IMG/VR virus record: IMGVR_UViG_3300043410_001642
Location: 41,120 to 105,119 of that record
Reading direction: 5' to 3' (one strand)
DNA from: a virus
Lineage: Duplodnaviria; Heunggongvirae; Uroviricota; Caudoviricetes
DNA length: 64,000 bases
A model generated the notes under the pieces. The model was given only the letters and a program-made list of their open reading frames with translations, was not told where the DNA came from and ran no database searches. This document shows positions 50,304-58,697 of the stretch, piece by piece; position 1 is the first letter of the stretch; every line of letters starts with the position of its first letter. A program made the translations under genes and the position numbers.

Positions 50304-51164
50304 ATGGAGTTAATCACTGAATTAAAGAATATTGAAAATCTATCTGAAGAGATTAGTTTAATAGAAAGTGCTATTATGGCACAATTAATGGTAGAAGGGG
50401 TAGATGATCCTGGTATCTTAAAATGTATCTTTATGGCAGGTGGTCCTGGTAGCGGTAAATCATTCGTTGCACAGGAGTTATTCGGTATAGATAAACAATT
50501 AAAATCATCATTTGGTGCAGCAGGATTAAAGGTAGTAAACTCTGACCCTGCATTTGAGAACCAATTAAAGAAGAATGGTATAGACCCAAAGGATTTAGGA
50601 AGAATTGAAAAGGAAGACCCTAAATTATGGGATTTCATTACTAAATCAAAAGGTGGCCCTAGAGATATAGCTAAACAACAAATGGTTATGTTGAAAGGAT
50701 TTTATGAAGCTGGTAGATTGGGTATGATTATTGATGGAACTGGTGATGATTTCGATAAAATTCAGAGACAAAAGAAAGAAGCAGAAACATTGGGATATGA
50801 TACATATATGGTATTCGTTAATACATCTTTGGAAGTTGCTTTAATTAGAAATGCTGAAAGAGATAGAACTCTACCAGAAGATTTAGTAACTGGGAGTTGG
50901 AAAGAATGTCAGGAGAATATGGGTAAATTCCAATCTCTATTTGGAGGTGGTAAATTTACAATTGTAGATAACACTGAATATAAAAAGGGTGATTATGTTT
51001 TCAAACATAAAAAAACCGGTAAGACAGTTTCTGCATCAATGCCATTACAACCTCAAGTTAGAAAAGCAATTCAACAATTTATAGCTAAACCATTGTATAA
51101 TGCAATTGGTAAAAAATGGATTGAAACTGCTAGAAAGTTAAAAAACGCAAACATAATTAAATAA
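50304..51164 (+). CDS. P-loop NTPase / nucleotide kinase-like protein
   Basis: Walker A FMAGGPGSGKSFVAQE; downstream MIIDGTGDD (Walker B-like). Confidence 0.5.
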   Translation: MELITELKNIENLSEEISLIESAIMAQLMVEGVDDPGILKCIFMAGGPGSGKSFVAQELFGIDKQLKSSFGAAGLKVVNSDPAFENQLKKNGIDPKDLGRIEKEDPKLWDFITKSKGGPRDIAKQQMVMLKGFYEAGRLGMIIDGTGDDFDKIQRQKKEAETLGYDTYMVFVNTSLEVALIRNAERDRTLPEDLVTGSWKECQENMGKFQSLFGGGKFTIVDNTEYKKGDYVFKHKKTGKTVSASMPLQPQVRKAIQQFIAKPLYNAIGKKWIETARKLKNANIIK

Positions 51165-51499
51165 TGTTTAAGTTAAATAATTTATTAAAATCATTTGTTT
51201 TCCCAATATTATTAGTTGCGGATTATTCATGGATGTTAGGATTCAGTTCAATAAGTTTATTATCATTTATTGCATTAATAGTAATAGGATTTGTTTTAAT
51301 AGGTTATTCAGCCGGTATTAAAAAAAGTAAGTATTTAGTATTATTGTCATTGATATTGGGAAACGCTTCTTTAATGATTCATGAATTATTTGAAGTGAGA
51401 TGGATAAACTTTTCAGCAATATCAATGTTTTTCTTTACCATAGGATTATTCTTATCAATTAGATTAATAGTAGATTCCATAGAAGAATTTAATAATTGA
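51164..51499 (+). CDS. hypothetical membrane protein
   Basis: 111 aa, three hydrophobic helices. Confidence 0.4.
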   Translation: MFKLNNLLKSFVFPILLVADYSWMLGFSSISLLSFIALIVIGFVLIGYSAGIKKSKYLVLLSLILGNASLMIHELFEVRWINFSAISMFFFTIGLFLSIRLIVDSIEEFNN

Positions 51500-51549
51500 T
51501 AACTCATTGATTATCAATACATAAGAAATTTTTTAAAAATATTTTGAAA

Positions 51550-51578
51550 AAGGCTTGGATTTTCCAAGCCTTTTTTGT
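51550..51578 (+). terminator. rho-independent terminator
   Basis: AGGCTTGGA-TTT-TCCAAGCCT + TTTTTT. Confidence 0.65.
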
Positions 51579-51607
51579 AGTTTTACTATGTAATAAAAGA
51601 TGAGAAT

Positions 51608-51976
51608 ATGGAAAATCTAATTGGTAAAATGGTTCATGTAGTGGTTTCCAAAGATGGTAAAAAGGGAACTAAATTTCTTAAAGTTTGTAAGGTTAAGGCT
51701 CGTTCAGTTCTATTCATTGAAGTGGATAGAGAAAATCGTAAAAACATCTTCCGTAAGGTTGCTAAAAAGGATATTACACCCATTGGGTTGATTGGTGATT
51801 CTCCTGCGTTTTCTATTAAAGATGGCGTGTTGCCTGATAAATGGGAATCCGAATGGGATGCAATTTCAACGAATCCAGTCAAAATGAGTCCGTATGGTAG
51901 ACAATCACTCACTAGATATTCAAGTTATATGAAACCTTCAACTACAAATTCATCCGTTGGATTTCCAATGGTATAA
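51608..51976 (+). CDS. hypothetical protein
   Basis: 122-aa ORF preceded by conserved leader TTTACTATGTAATAAAAGAT. Confidence 0.4.
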   Translation: MENLIGKMVHVVVSKDGKKGTKFLKVCKVKARSVLFIEVDRENRKNIFRKVAKKDITPIGLIGDSPAFSIKDGVLPDKWESEWDAISTNPVKMSPYGRQSLTRYSSYMKPSTTNSSVGFPMV

Positions 51977-51987
51977 AATACAAAGTT

Positions 51988-52200
51988 ATGAAAATCACAA
52001 AAATCAGTCAATTAACAGGCATTGAACACACTATGGATATTGATGTTGATCAATATCAAATGATACGAATAGAAAATCGTTATCATAGTAAAGAGTTGAT
52101 TCAGAATATTGTTCCTAACTTAACTATGGGTGAAAGAGAGTTCTTAATGACAGGTATTACTGAAGAGGAGTGGAATAATACCTTTGGAGAAAATGATTAA
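51988..52200 (+). CDS. hypothetical protein
   Basis: 70-aa ORF. Confidence 0.35.
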   Translation: MKITKISQLTGIEHTMDIDVDQYQMIRIENRYHSKELIQNIVPNLTMGEREFLMTGITEEEWNNTFGEND

Positions 52201-52221
52201 TAAAATTTAAAATATAAAATT

Positions 52222-52482
52222 ATGGATATTAGACAAAAAATGAGAGAGCGAGCTATTGAATTCGCTAATGATTGGAAAAATGAATTTCCAGAAGTAACGG
52301 AACATAATATTGATATTATGGTTTCAATTATGGCGACAAGAGACAAGAGTTCCTATCCTGGAGGTGGGTTTGTTGAAGCAGTATGTGAGAATAACCTATA
52401 TCAGGCAATAACAAGGGCAGATTCATCCAATCTTAAGGTATTGAAGTTGTTGGTATTATGCCATCGTAATTGTTTTCTATAA
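52222..52482 (+). CDS. hypothetical protein
   Basis: 86-aa ORF. Confidence 0.35.
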   Translation: MDIRQKMRERAIEFANDWKNEFPEVTEHNIDIMVSIMATRDKSSYPGGGFVEAVCENNLYQAITRADSSNLKVLKLLVLCHRNCFL

Positions 52483-52586
52483 CTCATTGATTTTCAATAA
52501 AAAAATACTGAAAATAATTGATTAAATGCTTGGAAAATTCAAACTTATTTACTACCTTTATTAAGTAATCAAAAGAGATAATAATT

Positions 52587-52946
52587 ATGAGCTTACCATT
52601 TAATTTGAACGCTGTTTATGAATCTTCTAAATTAGTAGAAGGTTGGGTTAAAATCGCAAGTGCTTTCCCTGTGGAAGGTAGATTTACCAAAAGGGTTATT
52701 ACTTATTCAGAGGCCGTTTTTGAGGCTCTAAATGATGTTGCTGAAGATTATTCAGATTGGCCTGAAGACCAGGGGTTTGGTAGTTCAGATATGACTTATG
52801 TTCGTAAATCGTTCATAGATTCAATGATTTCTTTGGCGAATCTTAATGGATATTATGATACGGCGTTTCAACCTTACTTAAAAGTGGTTGAGTATTCGGA
52901 GTATGATAAGGAAGAATATGATTTGAGAAGAGAACAAGGATTGTAA
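52587..52946 (+). CDS. hypothetical protein
   Basis: 119-aa ORF. Confidence 0.4.
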   Translation: MSLPFNLNAVYESSKLVEGWVKIASAFPVEGRFTKRVITYSEAVFEALNDVAEDYSDWPEDQGFGSSDMTYVRKSFIDSMISLANLNGYYDTAFQPYLKVVEYSEYDKEEYDLRREQGL

Positions 52947-52976
52947 TTTAAACTATAAAATATAAAATTTAATACT

Positions 52977-53351
52977 ATGGGATGCTTCAGTTTTATTTGT
53001 AAAGAGAGTGGTTTGCCAGTTGCTTCATCTTCATTTGATGGTGATGCTTGTAGAATGTATCTATTGAAAGATGGTAAAGTAATTGAAGAAATGCGTGGGC
53101 ATTATGATTCGTATGGTAGAGTGTTTACGGATTCTACTTATGAAGATTCGTTTGAGTGGAAAATGGATTGGCATGAAGTAGTTGATTTGATGTTCCATAA
53201 GGATGAAAGTAATGGAATTGCGGTGATATTAGAAAAATATTTCACTGGCAATATTCCAACAACTCGAAGTGAGGGTGATCCGAATCAAGGTTGGGGAAAG
53301 CGTAATGGTGGTAGAAAGAAAATCAAAGCACCAATTCATTTAGTATATTAA
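52977..53351 (+). CDS. hypothetical protein
   Basis: 124-aa ORF. Confidence 0.4.
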   Translation: MGCFSFICKESGLPVASSSFDGDACRMYLLKDGKVIEEMRGHYDSYGRVFTDSTYEDSFEWKMDWHEVVDLMFHKDESNGIAVILEKYFTGNIPTTRSEGDPNQGWGKRNGGRKKIKAPIHLVY

Positions 53352-53376
53352 TCATTAAAATTTAAAAGATAAAGTT

Positions 53377-53835
53377 ATGGGATTAGACATGTATTTGTAT
53401 AAAAAGAATTACATTTGGCAAGGTGATTGGATTAAAGAAGAAGCCAAACAAGAAGTAATTGTTAAGAAGGGTGGTGAGGTTGATACCAAAATCAAACCCG
53501 AAAGAGTTAAGTATGTAGTGGAAGAAGTTGGTTATTGGCGTAAAGCTAACCAAATTCATAAATGGTTTGTTGATGTAGTACAAGAAGGCAACGATAATTG
53601 TGGGAACTACTATGTGAGTAGAGATACTTTGGAAGAGTTGCTAGATATTTGTAAGCAAATTAGAGATGACCATTCTAAAGCAGACAAGTTATTGCCAACT
53701 CAAAGTGGATTCTTCTATGGTGGTACTGAATATGATGAATGGTACTTCACTGATATTGATAACACAATCAAAATTATTGAAGAGTGTTTAGAAGATGAAA
53801 ATGCGGATGAGTTTGAATATAGTTCTTCTTGGTAA
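53377..53835 (+). CDS. hypothetical protein
   Basis: 152-aa ORF. Confidence 0.4.
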   Translation: MGLDMYLYKKNYIWQGDWIKEEAKQEVIVKKGGEVDTKIKPERVKYVVEEVGYWRKANQIHKWFVDVVQEGNDNCGNYYVSRDTLEELLDICKQIRDDHSKADKLLPTQSGFFYGGTEYDEWYFTDIDNTIKIIEECLEDENADEFEYSSSW

Positions 53836-53961
53836 TATGAGGGTATATGATTTTTGGGATTATTCAGTTGTAGCAGTTGAAGTAATCCATTTTGCTTGTT
53901 TGCTGGGGGTAGCAGCATTTATGTTCTACCTATTAAATAACGAAATAAAAAAGTTCAAATA

Positions 53962-55059
53962 ATGAAACGAATAATAACATCATTCTGCATCCTGACAATG
54001 TTGGGATGTAGTAAAGATGATATCATAACTCCAAACCCAATTGAGACAATTGTAGGATATAAAAATCAAACTACAAATTCAATCAGATTACAATCTAAAG
54101 TTTGGCAATGGTATAATGAGAATACATCTTTTTATGCTGATATAAATTTGGATGGTAAGGAAGAAGTTTTTATTGCAAATGAAAATTCAAAACCAATAGT
54201 AATGTGGAATGATAATACATCTACAACTATTTCAGATGGTCTTAATATCTTTCCTCGTTCAATTATAGGAAATGATTTTAATGGAGATGGTTATATTGAT
54301 TTCGTAGTAATGGTTCATAACAATGAGCAACTACAACCAAACCCAGGAGAAATACCAAACTTATATTTGAATGATAAGAAAGGTGGATTCATAGTAAGCA
54401 AGTTAAATCTAAAATCAGCATTTTGGCATTTAGGATCATCTGCGGATATTGATAAGGATGGTGATATAGATTTAGTAGTATGCACTGCCGGTTCAGTTAA
54501 TATAATGATTAACGACGGCAAAGGTGGATTTACATTAGATAATAGTAGAATACCTTCAACATATACAAACTCACATTATATAGGAGGAATGTTGGAGGAT
54601 ATCAACGGAGATGGTTATATAGATTTATTGGTATATGGAGCAGAGTTTAATTCATTACCTAATAACACCGGTTTCGGCAAAGATAATCCATCTAAAACAA
54701 GAATACTATGGGGTAATAGTTCATTCAGCTACACCGAAGCAAATTCTATGATATTGCCAAATGATTCAGATGGATTTGGATTGATAATAGATGCCGTTTG
54801 TGTTGATTTAAATGATGATGGGAAGAAAGAAATTATATTGGATAGAACCGGTGACCCATTAAACTTTACATTCTATAAAGGATATAAGATTCAAATATTA
54901 ACGGAAGGCAATGATGTAACTAATAACTTTATTTCAAATGCTAGTTCAAAGACTGATGATTGGATTGTTTGGTTGAAAGTTATGGATGTTAATGGTGATT
55001 ACAAAAAAGATGTATTGGAAGGTAATAAAAGAAGAGTAAAATATTTTTTACAAAAATAG
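53962..55059 (+). CDS. FG-GAP/VCBS-repeat lipoprotein (beta-propeller-like)
   Basis: Lipobox LTMLGCSKDD; six DxNxDGxxD-type repeats (DINLDGKEEVF, DFNGDGYIDFVV, DIDKDGDIDLVV, DINGDGYIDLLV, DLNDDGKKEIIL, DVNGDYKKDVL). Confidence 0.55.
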   Translation: MKRIITSFCILTMLGCSKDDIITPNPIETIVGYKNQTTNSIRLQSKVWQWYNENTSFYADINLDGKEEVFIANENSKPIVMWNDNTSTTISDGLNIFPRSIIGNDFNGDGYIDFVVMVHNNEQLQPNPGEIPNLYLNDKKGGFIVSKLNLKSAFWHLGSSADIDKDGDIDLVVCTAGSVNIMINDGKGGFTLDNSRIPSTYTNSHYIGGMLEDINGDGYIDLLVYGAEFNSLPNNTGFGKDNPSKTRILWGNSSFSYTEANSMILPNDSDGFGLIIDAVCVDLNDDGKKEIILDRTGDPLNFTFYKGYKIQILTEGNDVTNNFISNASSKTDDWIVWLKVMDVNGDYKKDVLEGNKRRVKYFLQK

Positions 55060-55133
55060 TTAATTTTTTATCGTTTTGTAAAATTACTTTATATATATCT
55101 ATATACAAATATATAATAGAAAAAAATAATTGA

Positions 55134-55180
55134 AAAATTATTAGGAAATGTGAAAATCATTTCGTATATTTGTAAAACAA
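55134..55180 (+). promoter_or_regulatory. promoter-like direct repeat copy 1 (TATATTTG -7 box) upstream of initiator tRNA
   Basis: ATTAGGAAATGTGAAAATCATTTCGTATATTTGTAAAACAA; matches Bacteroidetes TAnnTTTG -7 consensus. Confidence 0.5.
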
Positions 55181-55207
55181 TAAGGAAATAAGTTCTTTAA
55201 CATATAT

Positions 55208-55279
55208 CGCGGGGTAGAGCAGTGGTAGCTTGGTGGGCTCATAACCCATAGGTCGGTGGTTCGAATCCATCCTCCGCAA
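55208..55279 (+). tRNA. tRNA-fMet (CAT), initiator-like
   Basis: C1xA72 unpaired acceptor end, three consecutive G-C pairs in anticodon stem, loop CTCATAA, T-arm GGTGGTTCGAATCCATC. Confidence 0.8.
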
Positions 55280-55284
55280 CTAAA

Positions 55285-55340
55285 AAAATATTACAAATAA
55301 TTAGGAAATGTGAAAATCATTTCGTATATTTGTAAAACAA
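55285..55340 (+). promoter_or_regulatory. promoter-like direct repeat copy 2
   Basis: AAATATTACAAATAATTAGGAAATGTGAAAATCATTTCGTATATTTGTAAAACAA. Confidence 0.5.
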
Positions 55341-55445
55341 AATGAGATAGTGGTTGAAGCCAACATCTAATAAAACCGAATGTGTGACTACTTCCTCCAT
55401 ATGCAGGGGGTTAAATAAAGCCGGATATCACTAAAACATTTTGTA

Positions 55446-55498
55446 AAAAATATTACAAATAATTAGGAAATGTGAAAATGTTTTCGTATATTTGTAAA
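55446..55498 (+). promoter_or_regulatory. promoter-like direct repeat copy 3
   Basis: Same repeat with 3 substitutions (…AAAATGTTTTCGTATATTTGTAAAG). Confidence 0.5.
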
Positions 55499-55608
55499 GT
55501 TGACCAGAAGTAGGAAGGCAATATAGTCTAAACAATGCTACTCTCCCACTATTGGAGAGATGAGTATAAAAAGGATATCCGAAAATGTTCAACAAAAAAA
55601 AGATAAAA

Positions 55609-55662
55609 AATATTTAAAGAAATATTTGGAAATGTGAAAATCATTTCGTATCTTTACGAAGT
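55609..55662 (+). promoter_or_regulatory. promoter-like direct repeat copy 4 (diverged -7 region)
   Basis: AAATATTTGGAAATGTGAAAATCATTTCGTATCTTTACGAAG directly upstream of ORF-free 1.5 kb segment. Confidence 0.4.
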
Positions 55663-55664
55663 AA

Positions 55665-57184
55665 TTATGAAACTCATAGGTGATGAAAGATACTCGGTAT
55701 TCATAATAACAAAAAAGTTCTTTAAAAGATTGAAATTATATTCTATATAGTAACCTTGTGTTACATAATAGAGTGGCCGCATATGGTCGTTAAATAAACT
55801 ACGAAAGTAGGATAAAGTGGAATGGTTTGGTTTAATCATTCTGCGGCTTTTCACCCGTAAGGGAGTTGAGCTCAAGTATGCAAGTGAGATATCGCTTTGG
55901 CTTTGTAGGTGGGGGTAACACTATCATCGAAGAGTTGGAGTGACTGGGCAAATGTAGATTGTTCAGTTGAGTTGGGAACAACAATAAGAATAACTCATAG
56001 AATTTATGCAAGAAGTTGAAACTTAATCCCTTTCAATCATTGCGTGATTCAATACAAAAGTGGTCTTAACATCAAATTGGGGAAACCCTTTAAGATAAGA
56101 CTGTGTACAGGTGGTGCTGTTACTATCCTTTTATAGAGTTTACCAAAACCTATAAATGAAGATGACTTGAAGTATGATGATAGGGATATCATATCGGGTA
56201 GTAAAGTATTCCGTTGTTCAAAAGATAGCGGAGCTTATGGCAAACCACTACCTGAAACCATCTACAAAACCAAACTCATTTGCATTTGGATTGCAAAATC
56301 ATAAAATCAAGTAAGAAAAAGAGTTTGCCAGTTGTATCCGAAAGGTGTCTACATAGTAATGAGATGTTCATTGCCACAAACCTCCTCAAGGGGAATGTGA
56401 TTCATCTGAAAGGTTTCTAACACCGCAAGTGTGAATTAGCTCGGCAGAGTTGAAGAAAATAAGTATGGTGAGAGTAGGATATAACTCTAAGATTGGTTGG
56501 CTATACCGACCGACATTGAATTGGTACTTCTCAAAAGGAAGTGGAAACGAAAGGAACTAATAATCTTTCTAAAGCTGGTTCACAATATGGAGTATTCTCA
56601 TCCTTATTTTATTATCTAAATGGTTAAAGTTGGTTCGATTCCAATATAGATAACTTCGTAGTGGTTTAACGGCAGAAAAATAGATGTACCTTCTAGAGAC
56701 TGAAAGTTCCACTTAAATAAAATCGACAAATATATGATGGTATGGTTTTCCGTAGGGGATTTTTACCTTAAACAATCTCAACCAATGCGAATTAGTGTTG
56801 ATGGTAACAACGGCTGTAGCTAGGCCATTTGAAAGAACCACCCTACAAAATCTTTCTTTTTAGCTAAAGTGAAAGTAGTTTAATGAGGCTTATATTAACC
56901 GGTGCATGACACGACGTGGCGTATTTTGAAATTAAATTACTTTTTTTATTATTAAAAAAAATATTGTTATACTTATTATAGAAAACTAAAGATGAAAACT
57001 TTAACATTACATACAATCAATCAACTGCCAACACAAAGATGTGAATGGACGGGGATTCGTATGTTTAGTGTGATAGCGAATCCGGCAACCTTGAATTTTG
57101 GCAAGGTGGATTATATTAGCACGAAGATGTTAGAGGATACTGATGTAGGATAAAATGTAACAATTTTAGAACAATATTGAAAAA
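55665..57184 (+). ncRNA. candidate large non-coding RNA (ORF-free, promoter-to-terminator segment)
   Basis: No + strand ORF of 60 aa or more over about 1.5 kb in an otherwise coding-dense region; promoter repeat at 5' end, terminator at 57185-57215; internal hairpins and a tRNA T-arm-like GGTTCGATTCC at 56632. Confidence 0.4.
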
Positions 57185-57215
57185 CCTCTAACTCACAAAG
57201 TTAGGGGTTTTTTAG
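57185..57215 (+). terminator. rho-independent terminator
   Basis: CCTCTAACT-CACAA-AGTTAGGGG hairpin followed by TTTTTT. Confidence 0.6.
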
Positions 57216-57224
57216 TTTTTATAT

Positions 57225-57296
57225 GTTGGTGTAGCTCAATGGTAGAGCAACGGACTGTTAATCCGTAGGTTGTAGGTTCGAATCCTTCCACCAACG
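57225..57296 (+). tRNA. tRNA-Asn (GTT)
   Basis: Perfect 7-bp acceptor GTTGGTG/CACCAAC, anticodon loop CTGTTAA, T-loop TTCGAAT (one T-stem mismatch). Confidence 0.8.
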
Positions 57297-57328
57297 CAAG
57301 AAAGGTTCTTTGACATTATGGGAAAAGC

Positions 57329-57402
57329 AGGAGATTAGCTCAGTCGGTTAGAGCATCGCCCTTACATGGCGAGGGTCATAGGTTCGAATCCTATATCTCC
57401 TA
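57329..57402 (+). tRNA. tRNA-Val (TAC)
   Basis: Acceptor AGGAGAT/ATCTCCT, D-arm TAGCTCAGTCGGTTAGAGC, anticodon loop CTTACAT, T-arm ATAGGTTCGAATCCTAT. Confidence 0.85.
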
Positions 57403-57498
57403 CTAATGTGGTAATCACTCCATAGAAATATGGTAAGCATCCGATAGTAACATCGGACTGGCAATGTGGTTATTAAGAGGTAAGGAAAAGACTAAATT

Positions 57499-57578
57499 GG
57501 GAGTATCGCATAGCGGCAATTGCGGCTGACTGTAAATCAGCTCCTTCGGGTTCAGTGGTTCGAGTCCACTTACTCCCA
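57499..57578 (+). tRNA. tRNA-Tyr (GTA), class II with long variable arm
   Basis: Acceptor GGGAGTA/TACTCCC, anticodon loop CTGTAAA, variable arm CTCCTTCGGGTTC, T-arm GTGGTTCGAGTCCAC. Confidence 0.85.
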
Positions 57579-57583
57579 CAATT

Positions 57584-57656
57584 GGAGGTGAAGCTAACTT
57601 GGTAGAAGCGCTGGACTGAAAATCCAGAGGAAGTGGTTCGATTCCACTCACCTCCA
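57584..57656 (+). tRNA. tRNA-Phe (GAA)
   Basis: Acceptor GGAGGTG/CACCTCC, anticodon loop CTGAAAA, T-arm AGTGGTTCGATTCCACT. Confidence 0.85.
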
Positions 57657-57662
57657 CACAAT

Positions 57663-57737
57663 GAATCCGTAGCTCAGTTGGTTTAGAGCACCTCACTTTT
57701 AATGAGGGAGTCAATGGTTCGAGTCCATTCGGGTTCA
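57663..57737 (+). tRNA. tRNA-Lys (TTT)
   Basis: Acceptor GAATCCG/CGGGTTC, anticodon stem-loop CCTCA-CTTTTAA-TGAGG, T-arm AATGGTTCGAGTCCATT. Confidence 0.85.
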
Positions 57738-57792
57738 CATAGTAGTTTTGAGGTTGGCGAATTCTACTTTAAAAAAATAATCCATCCACCAA

Positions 57793-57868
57793 CGGAATGT
57801 AGAGGAGTCCGGTCTATCTCGCCACATTTGGGATGTGGAGCACGCAGGTTCGAATCCTGCTATTCCGA
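57793..57868 (+). tRNA. tRNA-Pro (TGG)
   Basis: Acceptor CGGAATG/TATTCCG, anticodon stem-loop CCACA-TTTGGGA-TGTGG, T-arm GCAGGTTCGAATCCTGC. Confidence 0.8.
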
Positions 57869-57915
57869 CAGATATGGTTCGCACTAGACAATGCGTGAAA
57901 ATAGGAAGTGCAAAT

Positions 57916-57989
57916 TGGTAGTTAGCTCATTTGGTTAGAGCATCTCGCTGATACCGAGAAGGTGGCAGGTTCGAATCCCGCACTACCAA
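57916..57989 (+). tRNA. tRNA-Ile (GAT)
   Basis: Acceptor TGGTAGT/ACTACCA, anticodon stem-loop TCTCG-CTGATAC-CGAGA, T-loop TTCGAAT (one A-C mismatch in T-stem). Confidence 0.8.
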
Positions 57990-58067
57990 CAATACGAATC
58001 AACCGGGTGGCTGAAACCTGACTAGTAGTGGAGAATACCCACAACCCGGTCAATGTTCGTATTAATT

Positions 58068-58138
58068 ATCTCTTTGGTGCAATGGTAGCATATCGGTCTC
58101 CAAAACCGCAGATGAAAGTTCGAATCTTTCAGGGGGTG
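58068..58138 (+). tRNA. tRNA-Trp (CCA), acceptor stem with three G-U pairs
   Basis: Body aligns to bacterial tRNA-Trp (GGTCTCCAAAACCG anticodon arm, T-arm GAAAGTTCGAATCTTTC); 5' strand ATCTCTT pairs with AGGGGGT only via wobbles. Confidence 0.55.
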
Positions 58139-58152
58139 CAAAATGTAAAACT

Positions 58153-58443
58153 ATGAAAAAAGTATTATTAGGATTAATGATGGTAGTTAGTTTGAATGGT
58201 TATTCACAAATTCAATCAGATTCGGTTAGAATAAATCAAATCGATAGTACATTGAGAGAATATGGTAAACAACAAACGATAGCTAATAAGATTACATTGG
58301 TAAGTATTGGAACAATTGTAATCGGTACTGCAATAGGAATACCAGCAGCACCTTTGTTGATTGTAAATACGATAGCTGATTTAACCACTATAATCATAAG
58401 TGGAAAATCTAATAGAAGATTAGCAAAACATAAAAGTAAGTAA
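58153..58443 (+). CDS. hypothetical membrane protein
   Basis: 96 aa with two TM segments, inside tRNA island. Confidence 0.35.
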   Translation: MKKVLLGLMMVVSLNGYSQIQSDSVRINQIDSTLREYGKQQTIANKITLVSIGTIVIGTAIGIPAAPLLIVNTIADLTTIIISGKSNRRLAKHKSK

Positions 58444-58493
58444 ACTATGAAACAATTATTTGACAAACATTAGGTAAACAAACCTAATGTAAA

Positions 58494-58691
58494 ATGACAA
58501 ACAAAGAAAGAAAAGTAAAAGAAATGAATGAAACATATTGTTATTGTTTCATTTGTAACAAAAGAAATGGAAGTTGGTATTACGATTGTCATCCATCATC
58601 ATTCAGTGCAAAAAGACATGGTAATGGTAAAATCGTAAATCAAAGAGAGTGTAGAAGTTGGAAACACAACCGAAAGACTCAATGGAAATAA
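58494..58691 (+). CDS. hypothetical Cys-rich small protein
   Basis: 65 aa, CYCFICNKRNGSWYYDCH zinc-ribbon-like. Confidence 0.3.
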   Translation: MTNKERKVKEMNETYCYCFICNKRNGSWYYDCHPSSFSAKRHGNGKIVNQRECRSWKHNRKTQWK

Positions 58692-58697
58692 AAGGAT

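Noticed and set aside
55128-55665. Possible CRISPR array (evenly spaced direct repeats)
   Set aside because: Repeat units are about 50 bp with 100-115 bp intervening segments. One 'spacer' is a complete initiator tRNA gene. The repeats contain a -7 promoter box. No cas genes are nearby. This is a promoter cassette array, not CRISPR.
55654-55875. Minus-strand ORF of 73 aa at the start of the ORF-free segment
   Set aside because: Only minus-strand ORF in a region where every credible gene is on the + strand. No promoter box in the correct orientation seen. Treated as non-coding.
55665-57184. Group I or group II intron, or rRNA fragment, as explanation for the ORF-free 1.5 kb
   Set aside because: No split tRNA or protein-coding exon flanks it. 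It starts at a promoter repeat rather than a 5' exon. No recognisable group II domain V or rRNA signature was spotted by eye. Left as an unclassified ncRNA candidate pending covariance-model search.
57415-57887. ORFs 57415-57738 (-), 57473-57661 (-) and 57702-57887 (+)
   Set aside because: They run straight through five well-formed tRNA genes (Tyr, Phe, Lys, Pro). Spurious.
58068-58138. Possibility that the Trp-anticodon element is on the minus strand or is a suppressor
   Set aside because: T-loop orientation (GTTCGAAT) is + strand. Anticodon is CCA (Trp), not a stop-codon reader.
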